DNA of 23,494 nt from Octopus sinensis (Eukaryota). Below, piece after piece: positions 1 through 11,074 of this stretch; positions within the stretch are counted from its first letter, which is position 1; each line of letters begins with the position of its first letter. Made by a program: the position numbers and the translations under genes. Under the pieces are notes generated by a model that saw nothing but the letters and a program-made list of their open reading frames with translations, searched no databases and was not told where the DNA came from. The stretch covers positions 1 to 23,494 of the forward strand of contig NW_021835666.1 in assembly GCF_006345805.1 (NCBI RefSeq). Direction: 5' to 3'.

Positions 1-357
1 ATCAATTAATTAATATGCATTCATACAGACTTTTTAAATTTATTTCTTTCTAGTATTTTATTGTTTATTTTGATTTTTTTATTATTTTGATTCTTTTCGA
101 CTATTCTGATTTTTTTAATACACTCAACCGTTTCAAATTGGGCATTTTTGTTACTTCAATATTGTGCCAATTAGATTTAAAACTCGATAATCTTATAACC
201 AAAATTTTAACTCTACCTTAACCCAAACCCTAACGTTGGCAAGTGCAACATAAATATATTCAAAATCTAAAAAATATTTATTTTCCAAACCTCAAGCTGT
301 CTCGTCAAATTGTAGTTTTCCAACGTTTAGTTTGTTGTATAACTTTATATCCCTAAT

Positions 358-1022
358 CAGGGGGGCCAACCTTTTTCACCGGCGAGCTACTTTTTCATTT
401 TGCGATTTTTTGGAGATCGACTTATATATTTAATATCAAAAATTTTATTTTACAATTAAAAATTAATGCGATTTTTGGCATTGTAATTCACTTGCGATTA
501 TTTCAAATTCTGGCTCGTATAAGCTTATTGCTATTCTCATGCAATCCCCAAGATGGTCATCCGTTAACGTGTCCTGTATTGAGATTTTATCATTTTCATA
601 CTTGAAAATGATAAACTTTTTCAAAATTGTATGTTGTAAAAAAAAAGATTTTTTTAATTGTTCACTTTCTTTTCCCGTAATAAGGAATTTAAAGGAAAGT
701 GGTTTGTTGAACTCGGGATGTAAAGAATTAAAATGCCGACAAAGATTTCCCCTTTTTGTAATGAAATGATTTATTGCATAGCATACATGTGCATTTTTCC
801 ATGTGCATCGTAAAATATAGTCTTTTTCCCATTTGACATTAAATTTATATGATTTGGACTTTTGTTACACCTCATAACAAGACACGTGAAAAATACTTAC
901 TTTAATATTGATAAATATTTTTTTATAATAATTTAAATCAAAAAAAATAATTAGAGTTTAGAGTTTATATATCGAGCGATCGACCACGAAACATGCCGCG
1001 ATCGACCGGTTGGCCACCCCTG
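358..1022. mobile_element. Non-autonomous hAT (Buster/Charlie-type) MITE, ~665 bp
   Basis: Left end CAGGGGGGCCAACC (358); right end GGTTGGCCACCCCTG (ends 1022; reverse complement CAGGGGTGGCCAACC). Flanks TCCCTAAT / CCCTAAAT fit an 8-bp TSD CCCTAAAT with a 1-nt indel; central TA matches the Buster target preference. Subterminal GCGATCGACC occurs twice. No transposase ORF. Confidence 0.85.
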
Positions 1023-1562
1023 CCCTAAATTTACTTAACTCTGAATGTTAGGGACCCTACTCTAACTATAAATGATTATTCTATTCTAGCTTTGCTAGTC
1101 TCTGCTATTTTCTTGAATCACACTACCATCTTCTCCTTCTAGATCAATCATCCCTGTGGCAGATACTTCTTTAACATGATATACGATTGTATCAATGTGT
1201 TTCCATTAAGTTACTTTTTCGTGTTTTTTATTTTATCAAGATGCGACTGGTGAGGCGGTCCAGGACAGGAAAAAAGGTTTTCAGGGGCGAGGGTGGGGAG
1301 TGTTTCGAAAAAGAGTGGATGTCCCGAGCGAAGTCGTGCAAGCTGGACCACGGAAGTACCTGTCGAGTGATTAGTCTGAAGGATGGACTGGGGTGGAGGA
1401 GGAGAATCAAGGAGTTTGTTATTTTTAAGCATCCTGATAGCACGAGTTGAGATGTAATCGTGAATTAATTTCTTCCCAGTTTCCCATTGTTCGTTAAGAG
1501 TATTTGAGAGAGGTCTGCATTGATCGGCTAGAGTAGTGATAATATGTGACATGGGTGATCAG

Positions 1563-3614
1563 TAGGGCAACCGCAAATATGACCTAAAAAATTTAAATAT
1601 GACCGATAAAATATGACTTATATGACCTTTAAACGAAAAAAATATATGCCCTTATATATGACCTAATAAATTTTTATTTTTATGTATAATAAAGTTTTAA
1701 TAAGGCTTATATTTAGAACTAATCACTCAAATTTATTGTAATATAACGAAAAGTAATATTTAATGTTATTATTTTTAAAGTTTCTATCCTTCTCCAACAT
1801 CTTTTGAAGCATAGAAAAACTTCTTTCAATGGATAGGAATTTGTTCTTTGCATACACGGGATCACTATGCGTCCACTGCAAAAAAAGCAGGCAGACTGTT
1901 GACATCTAGCCACGCGGTGTGGTAGGATGCTAAACAGTGATTATCTCCGAAGACACAACGAAGTGGTAAAGTGTATTCATCTCCACTTGTGTCGAATGTA
2001 TGGAAAAAACGAAGCAGGAAATTGAAAGGACATTCAGTCGTGTCAACAATGTCGACCCAAAATGTCGAAATCGAGTTGACACTTCAATTATGACTGAAAC
2101 AAAGGTTCAATTCAATAAACCTGATATCTCGTTATGACAAGAGGAAAGAGAATTCATTTAATCGAAGTGGGAGTTACCTCGCAAGACCGTTTAAAGCAAG
2201 TTGAAGTGGAGAAATTTCACAAATATGACTGCTTGCAAACGAACTGTCGGTTCTCTATGAAGCAAAAGTGAAGATTATTCCAATGTCTTGACATGGGATG
2301 GAGTTGTCTCAAGTTCTTTAAAAGTCATATGGACAAATTATCCATGAAGAAGGAACGAGGACATACATCCAGTCGGTTGTGCTGAAGAGGACTCTAGGAG
2401 AGTATGCTTATTGAAACAGACATGGGATGAAGGTAGACAACGAGGAGTACGCCTCTGCCGCAATCAACTTGCGGAGCTGGCATGTCGTGAGGACACTCAG
2501 TTGAACAATTACTTTGACGCAGAAATGGAAAATGATGAGAGAATTTTGTTGCAAACTCTTCTTCCAAGCGAAGAAGAGAAATCACTGACGATCTGGATTC
2601 TTAAATAATTAAGATAGAATTTACATAATTAATTTTATTAAACATTGGTTTTACATTGTAAATTCTTTACGGAAATATTAGATATTCCACATGGATCATC
2701 CCCAAAATTTATCACATAATAAATTAACGGCATCCTCAATAGTAAAAAAAAGTTTCTTGGCATTGATGTAATCCATCTAATATGTCACTATAACGTGATT
2801 TTATCAATGCAAGGTTTCTTTCCAAATTAATTGAATTTAAAGCAGTTTTTACTTTATCTAAGATTTTCCCTTTTTTGTTAAATTCAGTACCAGAAACTAT
2901 AGTGCGAACTGTATGCATTTTTTTAGTAAAAGGCAGCACTAAGCCAGGTTCCCCATCTTGTAATTATTACTTCAGGTGGTAATTTTATATTGTCAAAAGG
3001 ATCTCTTCGAGATTTTTTTTTGAGCAATGCAGTTTTCATCGTGGCAATCAGATTATTAATATCCTTTGGAATTGCAATCAATTTCGATTTTCGCAAGTCG
3101 TGTGTTTTACTTCTTTTTTGTATGCATTTCCGTCTGTCTGTGTTGTTCCACGTTAAAACTTTTTGAAAAGTTTACCGGAACACAACAGAACTTGCAATTA
3201 AGTCCCCCATTAGTACTTCTCGTAAATTCGTGCGGATATTTATTTAATATTTTAGAGAGTTTGAATCATTAGATTTTTTTGATTAGAATCTATTAATATA
3301 CTTTTTTATATAAAAACCTTTATCTCACTCAACAAAAAACCGATTATATCTCACGTTATAAAAAAATAATTCAAATATTATTATTCAAATATTTATATTT
3401 CAAAAAATAAATATTAATCTAATTCATTAAAATATACAAAAATTTGAATATGACTTTATTTTTATAATATGACTTTATTATTGAATATGACTTATATGAC
3501 CTATTAATAAGTGTTTAAATAGTTAAAAAATATAATTAAAATATTTAATTAATATAAACAAACACAAAATGACTTTATTTTGTAATAAGCATTATATGAC
3601 TTTTGGTTGCCCTA
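1563..3614 (-). mobile_element. Internally deleted hAT transposon (CGGBP/hAT19-like), 2052 bp
   Basis: TIRs TAGGGCAACC / GGTTGCCCTA; perfect 8-bp TSD GTGATCAG (1555-1562, 3615-3622); many ATATGAC(C/T)T subterminal motifs at both ends. Minus-strand transposase relics: zinc finger CKFC...QHRQTEMH (~3200-3110), NNLIATMK...PPEVIITRWGTWLSAAFY (~3060-2930), SIERSFSMLQKMLEKDRNF (ORF 1723-1905). These match the transposase at 9106-10560 by eye. Confidence 0.9.
1857..2635 (+). mobile_element. 3' fragment of an RLE-type non-LTR retrotransposon (R4/Dong-like) nested in the hAT
   Basis: Frameshifted + translation gives the CCHC knuckle CVHCKK..TVD(H)LATRC (1868-1920), YLRRHNEVVKCIHLHLC, NKPDI (2114-2128), IEVGVTS (2161), EKFHKY and the WDG region, i.e. 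PD-(D/E)xK endonuclease order. Clade assignment is from motif memory. Confidence 0.72.
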
Positions 3615-3732
3615 GTGATCAGGACCCTATGGGCAACCTGGCCTTTACGTGTTTCTATGGCAACTACTTGGCAAATATTTACTAAAGGCCAACTAATATA
3701 AAGGCAAACAGAACAGAACAGATTTTATTAAC

Positions 3733-5615
3733 TTAGCACCGAAGAGAAGAGTAGTAGTAGAAAAGGTTTTATTTAAAATCGAGACATTGAAAGCCTCCTC
3801 TTGCTTTCCTTTTCACTTCTCATGCCTTTTGCAATGAGCAGAGGACTTGCCGATTTTTTGAGTTGTTCGTCTAGCTCTCTGGGGAGATCCTGATCAAGCC
3901 GTAGCTTATAGCCAGTTTGATCGCAAGCGCCTTGTTTTCTCCAGTTTGGTGATTATGCGATTCTCTCGTCCCATTGTCTCCAGAAGTGGTTCTCTTCCTT
4001 TCCGAGTTTTAGAAATCACGTGATGGTGGACTTGTCTCGTGCTAAAGAGAGGGCTTTCTCCGTTGCCCAAGACTCAACCCTCGCTACATATCCCTCAGCC
4101 TTTTCCAAGAGAGGTCCTTGGATCGCGACAGATCCGTAACCAATATGTCGTCCGCATAGATAATTAGTAGACTCTCCGGATTTTTGGTTTTCGGGATGTC
4201 GGCAACGTATAAGTTGAAAAGTAGAGGGCTCAGGACCGACCCTTGAGGCACTCCCCTCCTTAGATTGATTGTATCCGAGGTCGGTTACCACATCTGATAA
4301 AAGACTTTCGCATGTGTAGGAAATTCTCTAGCCATTTAACAGGAATTCTCTAGCCATTTAACAGTCTTAGCAACCGAAAGAGAAGAGTTATTAGAAAAGG
4401 TTTTATTAAAATCGAGACATTGAAAGCTCCTCCTTGCTTTCCTTTTCACTTCTCATGCCTTTTGCAATGAGCAGAGGACTTGCAGAATTTTTTGAGTTTG
4501 TTCGTCTAGCTCTCTGGGGAGATCCTGATCAAGCCGTAGCTATACGCCAGTTTGATCGCAAAGCGCCTTGTTTTCTCCAGTTTGGTGATTATGCGATTTC
4601 TCTCGTCCCATTGTCTCCAGAAGTGTTCTCTTCTTTCCGAGTTTTAGAAATCCACGTGATGGTGGACTTGTCTCGTGCTAAAGAGAGGGCTTTCTCCGTT
4701 GCCCAGGACTCAAACCCTCGCTACATATTCCCTCAGCCTTTTCAAGAGAGGTCCTTGGATCGCGACAGATCCGTAACCAATATGTCGTCCGCATAGATAA
4801 TTAGTAGACTCTCCGGATTTTCTGGTTTCGGGATGTCGGCAACGTATAAGTGAAAAGTAGAGGGCTCAGGACCGACCCTTGAGGCACTCCCCTCCTTAGA
4901 TTGATTGTATCCGAGGTCCGGTTACCACATCTGATAAAAGACTTTCGCATGTGTAGGAAATTCTCTAGCCATTTAACAGGAATTCTCTAGCCATTTAACA
5001 GTCTTAGCAACCGAAAGAGAAGAGTTATTAGAAAAGGTTTTATTTAAAATCGAGACATTGAAAGCCTCCTCCTTGCTTTCCTTTTCACTTCTCATGCCTT
5101 TTGCAATGAGCAGAGGACTTGCCGAATTTTTGAGTTTGTTCGTCTAGCTCTCTGGGGAGATCCTGATCAAGCCGTAGCTTATACGCCAGTTTGATCGCAA
5201 AGCGCCTTTTTCTCCAGTTGGTGATTATGCGATTTCTCTCGTCCCATTGTCTCCAGAAGTGGTTCTCTTCCTTTCGAGTTTTAGAAATCCACGTGATGGT
5301 GGACTTGTCTGTGCTAAAGAGAGGGCTTTCTCGTTGCCCAAGACTCAACCTCGCACTACATATTCCCTCAGCCTTTTCCAAGAGAGGTCCTTGGATCGCG
5401 ACAGATCCGTAACCAATATGTCGATCCGCATAGATATTAGTAGACTCTCCGGATTTTATGGTTCGGGATGTCGGCAACGTATAAGTTGAAAAGTAGAGGG
5501 CTCAGGACCGACCCTTGAGGCACTCCCCCCCTTAGATTGATTGTATCCGAGGTCCGGTTACCACATCTGATAAAAGACTTTCGCATGTGTAGGAAATTCT
5601 CTAGCCATTTAACAG
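3733..5615. repeat. Tandem triplication of a ~635-bp LINE RT segment
   Basis: Units start at 3733, 4367 and 5004 (periods 634 and 637). Both junctions carry the same local duplication GAATTCTCTAGCCATTTAACAG followed by TC. Copies differ mostly by single-base indels. Confidence 0.95.
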
Positions 5616-5994
5616 TCCTTTGCCCCGGATGGATACTGATGATCCTTTCCAGGAGGCCTAGGTGCCAAACGCTGTCGAACGCCTTTGAGATGTCCAGACA
5701 AACAGCTGTCATCCCCATCTTGTATGAAGGGCCCTCGAGATTTGCGTTTCCAGTTGGGCAAAGCAGTTTCCACAGGACTTCCCACGTCGGAAACCCCATT
5801 GTTCTTTAGCCAGGTAACCTGACTCCTCCACGGAATAGATAATCTGTTACTAATTTAGAGATTAAAATGAGAAATAGCAATGAGATCTGTCAAATTATTA
5901 CCCCCCTCACAACCTAAACCAAAATTTTCTACCTCCTTAAATAAAAATTAATTTTAAAATTTTCTACCTTCTTAGATCTATCAAATCTATCTGA

Positions 5995-6300
5995 TATCTT
6001 TAATTTGGAAGATTTGCAACAATATGATTTTGCTCATCGCCAACCTTTAATGGTGTGGAAAAACGGCACACTTCACAATCTGACACTACTTTCCGAATAA
6101 TTTCCCTTTTTATTCCGAAGTAACTGCGCATGCAATGGTATTCCAAGCTATTGTATCCACAATGCGATATGTTGTGGATCTGCTTCGCGACCAAATCCAT
6201 CTCTTGAGTGTTGTCTGTGGAAATAACCAGCTTATGATCTCCACACGGTTGTCTCAGATAAATTAAAGTTGAATTTTATGTTCAATTTTTTTTCTAAGTC
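5995..6300 (-). mobile_element. Fragment of Ginger/GIN-like DDE integrase (H2C2 zinc-binding region)
   Basis: YLRQPCGDHKLVISTDNTQEMDLVAKQIHNISHCG...IKREIIRKVVSDCEVC; same family as the 14446-13250 element (NHKLVIAS...IHDANHYG...VKRDVIRQVVRDC). Confidence 0.72.
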
Positions 6301-6539
6301 CACAACTGTAACGCGTCCGGCTCGTGGCATATTATAGCGATACTTTCTGTTTCCCTTAGCCCCTTGGTGATTATTCAATTAGTAAAATACAAAAGGTCGA
6401 TTTTTGCGCACTGTGGGGATTGATAGTAGATAATTAAGCTCCGTGATCAGTTGATACGAGACCTGCTGAGGTTCCTTTTTTAGCCAATCTTGTATTTTTC
6501 AAACCTGAGCAAACTTGCAACCAAAAATACGATCTCGGG

Positions 6540-6715
6540 GTTTCGAAATGTTCTATTTTTTAAAAAGCATTGTGGATGACTGTTTTGGAATATTTTTGCA
6601 TTTAGTCGGATACTGCAAATTCACCTTCTCGTTATCCAAATTACTTAAAACAATAAGGATCAGGGAAAAGGGATTGCGATGGCCATCAAACTAGCGACTA
6701 AAATAGGGAAAATAT
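6540..6715 (+). mobile_element. Highly degraded LINE RT thumb/C-terminal fragment
   Basis: Frameshifted (L)F.KALWMTVLEYFC resembles the LINE 'YKxxxRxxLEY' motif; MAIKLA resembles FAIKLA in the triplicated LINE. Weak. Confidence 0.35.
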
Positions 6716-8962
6716 TAATTCATTTGTATGCACATTGAGAAAAGTCATTCAAATTTAGAGAATAGTTTTGGAAAGGTCAGTTATTTATTTTAGACGCCAT
6801 CAACTGTCCTGAAACTGGTTTGGCTGAAGGTGGGGACATTTAGACAGCAAAACTATTGAAAAAGAAACATTCTTAAAAACTTATCTCCGATTTTAAAAAA
6901 GCTTTATTATGCAAAAATTATTATTTATTAACTCCAAAATCACCGAGAAAGATAGGTCAAAACTAACTAATTATGTGATTCCTGTCTCCAACAACAGCCG
7001 GACTCTCCTTACATGATCTTCTGATGACCCGACCGTATCCCGGAAAAGCCTTCTCTTCCTTCTGCAGAGGAACTCAATAGGAGTGCATTTCTTTATAACC
7101 GACCGAAATTCCTCTGCATGGGCCACTTTTCCTTGAATGGGTTTCCCAGCCATCAATTATGAATATTCAAAATATAAGCGCAGAAAGCTTGTTAGAGACG
7201 GACAACCGGACTTTGATTTAAAATGAATCTTATGTTTGGAACACTTTATTTTTTGGAACACATTATATGATCTCTACCCAAAATGAACAATTCTTTTTGA
7301 ATAAAAACCTAATAAATAATTTCTTTCTCTTTGTTTGGTGACTGGAGCTTTTATTTAAAAAATTGGTAATTTTAATTGTTCTTACATTGTCATAAGATAT
7401 GAAAATTGCTTTGAACTTTACAAGGTTTGAAAAATCGAATGGATGGAAAATGCATTTTTTTAAGATATGAATTTTTAAAAAATTTTCACAGGCAAAAAAA
7501 TTCATGCACTCACGCCAAAACTAGGTCCTTATGTAAAATCTTTATTCAAAACCTTAAGTCAAACTGATTTCTGCCAAAGTAAAAGCCCGGATTAAAAAAT
7601 TAAGTAATTACCGACATTAAGAAAGTGTGGCTCGAAAGTGGCGCCTACTGATGCCAGCTCGAGTAGGTCAGGATTGAATCGCATTTCTTTAAAAAGATCT
7701 AAAAATTCGTCCCAACTTTTTTTGAAATGAGGTCTTTTCAAACACTGAGTAGCCGACGCAACTCCATGACTCTAACGCTTCTGAACATTCCGTAAGCCCA
7801 GCATGTTCAAGTGAGTGGAAAATAACAGAGCTACAAAATCCGTAGATAAAGAAAGAGAAAATAGATAACACGCAAAGGCCAGCTCTTTACAGGAGAGGAC
7901 CCTAATTCCTCCAAAGCGGACACGCAGACTTGTAAGACCCGGAATACTACACACGAACTTAGTATTTAAGATCGATCAGAAAAAATCCACAACAGCATCG
8001 TCTATGGCCAAAAGACAATCTCAGGTCAATACCAAAATAGTGAAAAGAGAAGGTAAATTATTTTTGAATTAGTAAAAAGTTCTTCGAATGAAAAAGAGCG
8101 TGGTCGGAGCGACACATACAAATTCGACAGGAAAATGACTTAAAAAAGTGATAGTTTTTCTGAAAGAGCTTTTCCTAATCCTCGGCTGGAGATTGGGGCT
8201 CTCATGATGATAAGCTCATCTGAAGGTAATTAAAACGTTACATTCCTGGTAAAGAAGTTGACCACGTTTAATTATATGTTGTATTGATATTTGTATGAAT
8301 AAAATGTAATTGTAAAGACTTGTCTCCAAGTAACACAACGGGTACTTAGATACTGAGTGATCAATCCTGCTTAAGTAAGCCCTAGTTGCTATGATGATCA
8401 CGATTGTTTTTTCCTGAAATTTAGTACTCCTTAAGTTTTCAAATCATTTTCTTGGAAAGAAGAGATGATACTACAGGAGTACTCTTTTCATCATTTCGAT
8501 TGTTTAAGAGTTAGGTGAGTTATAATTATATTATGTGAGTTAGAATTGTTAATTTAGTCCAATTCGTAGCCAGTCATTCCCATTTGAAAGGGGTCGTAGA
8601 ATTCTTAAATGACCAAACAATATACCTGATTCGTCATCAGAGATAGTTCTTGTGTTATCACCTAATATAAAAATATTTTCTATACCCTCCCCAATGGAAC
8701 TGGACTCTAGATAATCTCAAAGTAAATAAATATGTATACTCTGACTATTTCACATTTCTGCAATGCGCGAGTAGTGCAAACAAAGCAGCAGTAACATTGT
8801 AAAGCCCGGCGACTTGCAGTCTAATAATAGGGCAATTTTTTGCCTAAAATGCCTTTTTGCACCAAAAGGTCTATTTATTTAAATAATTAATTTAAGCTAT
8901 AATTTAATTAAAATAGATTTATCTACAACGAGTTATAAATGCCTTAAATGCTTAAAAAATTG

Positions 8963-9022
8963 TTAAGGTCCTAAAAATTTTTTTAAGGTCCTAAAAATTT
9001 TTTTAAGGTCTTAAAAATTTTT
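8963..9022. repeat. 3 x 20-bp subterminal tandem repeat TTAAGGTCCTAAAAATTTTT
   Basis: Directly visible; the same core GTCCTAAAAAT recurs at 10620-10675, as expected for transposase-binding sites. Confidence 0.9.
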
Positions 9023-9105
9023 AAAATAAATTATTTTTAAATGTTACAAAAAATATTTTAAAAATAACAAATTAGGCACGCTATAAATTACTTTTTTGTG
9101 TTCAA

Positions 9106-10560
9106 ATGCCACGTGTACGTTCTACAATAAAGTCTAAAGCTCTAAAAGCCTATGAAACTTACGTAAAAGAATTCACAGTGATTAAAGGCAGTCTATATTG
9201 TAAAATATGTATGATCTACGTCAATGCATCAAAAAAATATTATATTGATCAGCATAGACAATCTACAAAACATCTAAAGCTTTTGAGTAATTTAAAATTA
9301 TTTTTTTTAGATAACAATGAAGGATTCCAACAATCCTTAGATTCCCTATTCAACGGTCAAACCGAAACGGAAGACTTTCAGAGTATGCCGATGGAAGTTG
9401 CCAAAGCCTTTTCTGAAGCAAACATTCCTCTTCATAAGCTCAATAATCCAAGCTTAAAGGGATTGTTTGAAAAATTGAATATTTCGCTTCCTTCCCAGTC
9501 AGCCTGTCGCAATTGTATTCCTGCAATCAGTGAACAAAAATTATCCAAGTATAAAAGTGATCTAAGGTTAACAAATGATTAATTTTTAGATCTCAAAAGA
9601 TTTTTATGGTTGTTGACGAGGGTGACGTAAATGGACAGAAGTTTGTAGTTGTTCTCATTGGGAATATCGCTTATCCAGAGAAGACCTATTTATTTCGTGT
9701 GAACCTTTATATGAATCTGTAACTGCTAACACAATTCTTCAGATTATCGATGAAGAGATTAAAAAATTCGAGATTATACGCAATAATTTTCTTCTTTTTC
9801 TTTCTGATGCAGCCCCGTATATGATTTTGGGTAGTTTGTTGAATTATTTTTAGCCGGAAAAACATTGAAAATGCTTTATCCTAGGATGTTCCATGTAACA
9901 TGTGTTGCACATTTGTTACATAATTGCTGTCTCAGAGTAAAGGCGTATTATTCGGACGTTGATAATCTTATTGCGACTATAAAGACATCAATAGTGAAAA
10001 ACAAAACTAGAAAAAAAATGTTTTCTACAATTGGTTATCCGCCCGACGTCATCATAACTAGATGGGGTAGTTGGCTGCAAGCAGCATACTATTATGCAAA
10101 TAATTTTGTATCAATTGCTGAAATTGTGGAGAATTTCAAAGACGACGGAATATTAGTTAAAAAAGTAAAACAAGCAATTGAATCGCCAACCTTAAGAAAA
10201 AGTCTAATGGAAATAAATGAAAATTATCAGATACTTAATCAAATATTGAAAAAAATGGAATCCACAAGTTATACAATAAATGATGCACATTCAGATCTTT
10301 GTTTGTTAAAATTTCCGTCTGATAATGCAGAAATAAATGAATACATACAAAAAAGATTACACAAAAATGACATAGAATCAATTATAGAAATGGAGAAAAG
10401 TAATATCTCCCCTGAAGAATATGGACTAATAAGAAAATGTCAGTGTACATCATCAACCGTTGAAAGAGCATTTTCTATGCTTAAAAAATTAATTACTAAA
10501 GATAGAGGTTTCAATGCGGAAAATGTCAAAAATTATTTAATACCTTACTATAACAAATAA
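9106..10560 (+). CDS. hAT transposase, ~469 aa; exons 9106-9566, 9590-9830, 9854-10560; two 23-nt introns; one 1-nt deletion near 9692-9696
   Basis: N-terminal CKIC...HRQSTKH zinc finger; after splicing IFMVVDE (first catalytic Asp), LSDAAPYMILAGKTLKMLYPRMFHVTCVAH, TRWGSW and TVERAFS (catalytic Glu). Exon lengths 461+241(+1)+707 = 1410 nt = 470 codons. Confidence 0.9.
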
Positions 10561-10909
10561 TTTTTTACGACTTTTTGATTTAATACCTTATTAAAATGTG
10601 CCTAAAAATGTAGAATAAAGTCCTAAAAATTAAAAATAAAGTCCTAAAATGCCTATTTTTAAGGTCCTAAAAATAAATTTTAAGTGCCTGAAAAAAATTG
10701 CCCTACTAATAACCCTGCAATTGCCACTCTTAGCGTAATTGAAAATTCAATAATAAAACACTTTGTTAGTACATTAACGGAGTAGTCGATCACAATTCCA
10801 GTGGTTGGTCTGTCGTTTACAGCCCTTTTAGCCCAAGAGGCATTCAGTGACATCAGTGCCTGCATTCAATGTATTTACGCCCAAGTAGAACGCCTCGAAA
10901 ATAAGTTCA

Positions 10910-11074
10910 GCAAATATGACCTAAAAAATAATATGACCTAACGGCATAAATAGACCTATAAGACCTAAAAAAATTAATAAAACTATTAAAAATATAATAA
11001 TAGTTATTAATTATAGAAATAACATCAATATGACAATAAAAAATAATATGACTTATATGACTTTGGTTGCCCTA
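10910..11074. mobile_element. Short MITE of the TAGGGCAACC hAT family, left TIR lost
   Basis: Right end ATGACTTTGGTTGCCCTA matches the end at 3614; left part GCAAATATGACCTAAAAAA matches 1573-1591; ATATGAC repeats inside. Confidence 0.8.

Larger units (their letters stand above)
1100..5850 (-). mobile_element. 5'-truncated, degenerate APE-type LINE (Jockey/CR1/I-like reverse transcriptase), interrupted by a hAT insertion and an internal triplication
   Basis: Minus-strand RT motifs: EQWGFRRGKSC (~5800), LDISKAFDSVWH and GVPQGSVLSPLLFNLY (ORF 5437-5799), IYADDI (three copies, ~4150/4790/5420). C-terminal QLARLRSGH in ORF 1211-1552. Sequence is contiguous across the 1563-3614 insertion once one GTGATCAG copy is removed. 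Boundaries approximate. Confidence 0.85.
8828..10705 (+). mobile_element. Full-length compact hAT transposon (CGGBP/hAT19-like), 1878 bp
   Basis: TIRs TAGGGCAATTTTTT / AAAAAATTGCCCTA; direct flanking repeat CTAATAA (8821-8827, 10706-10712); subterminal (G/A)GTCCTAAAAAT and TGCCTAAAA motifs at both ends; contains the transposase gene. Confidence 0.95.

Noticed and set aside
215-240. Telomere-like TTAACCCAAACCCTAAC
   Set aside because: Only two or three imperfect units, internal position; a similar motif at 5913-5922 suggests a TE subterminal motif.
539-769. 76-aa ORF inside the MITE
   Set aside because: No recognisable motif; AT-rich chance ORF within a non-autonomous element.
6309-6330. TGTAACG as an LTR start
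   Set aside because: No second LTR, PBS or PPT found in the window.
6971-7156. 61-aa minus ORF as a host gene
   Set aside because: No motif; weak resemblance to a LINE C-terminus only.
8204-8418. Two ATGATGA...CTGA pairs as C/D-box snoRNAs
   Set aside because: Box spacing of about 10-17 nt is too short, there is no terminal stem, and they lie antisense to the phosphoesterase model.
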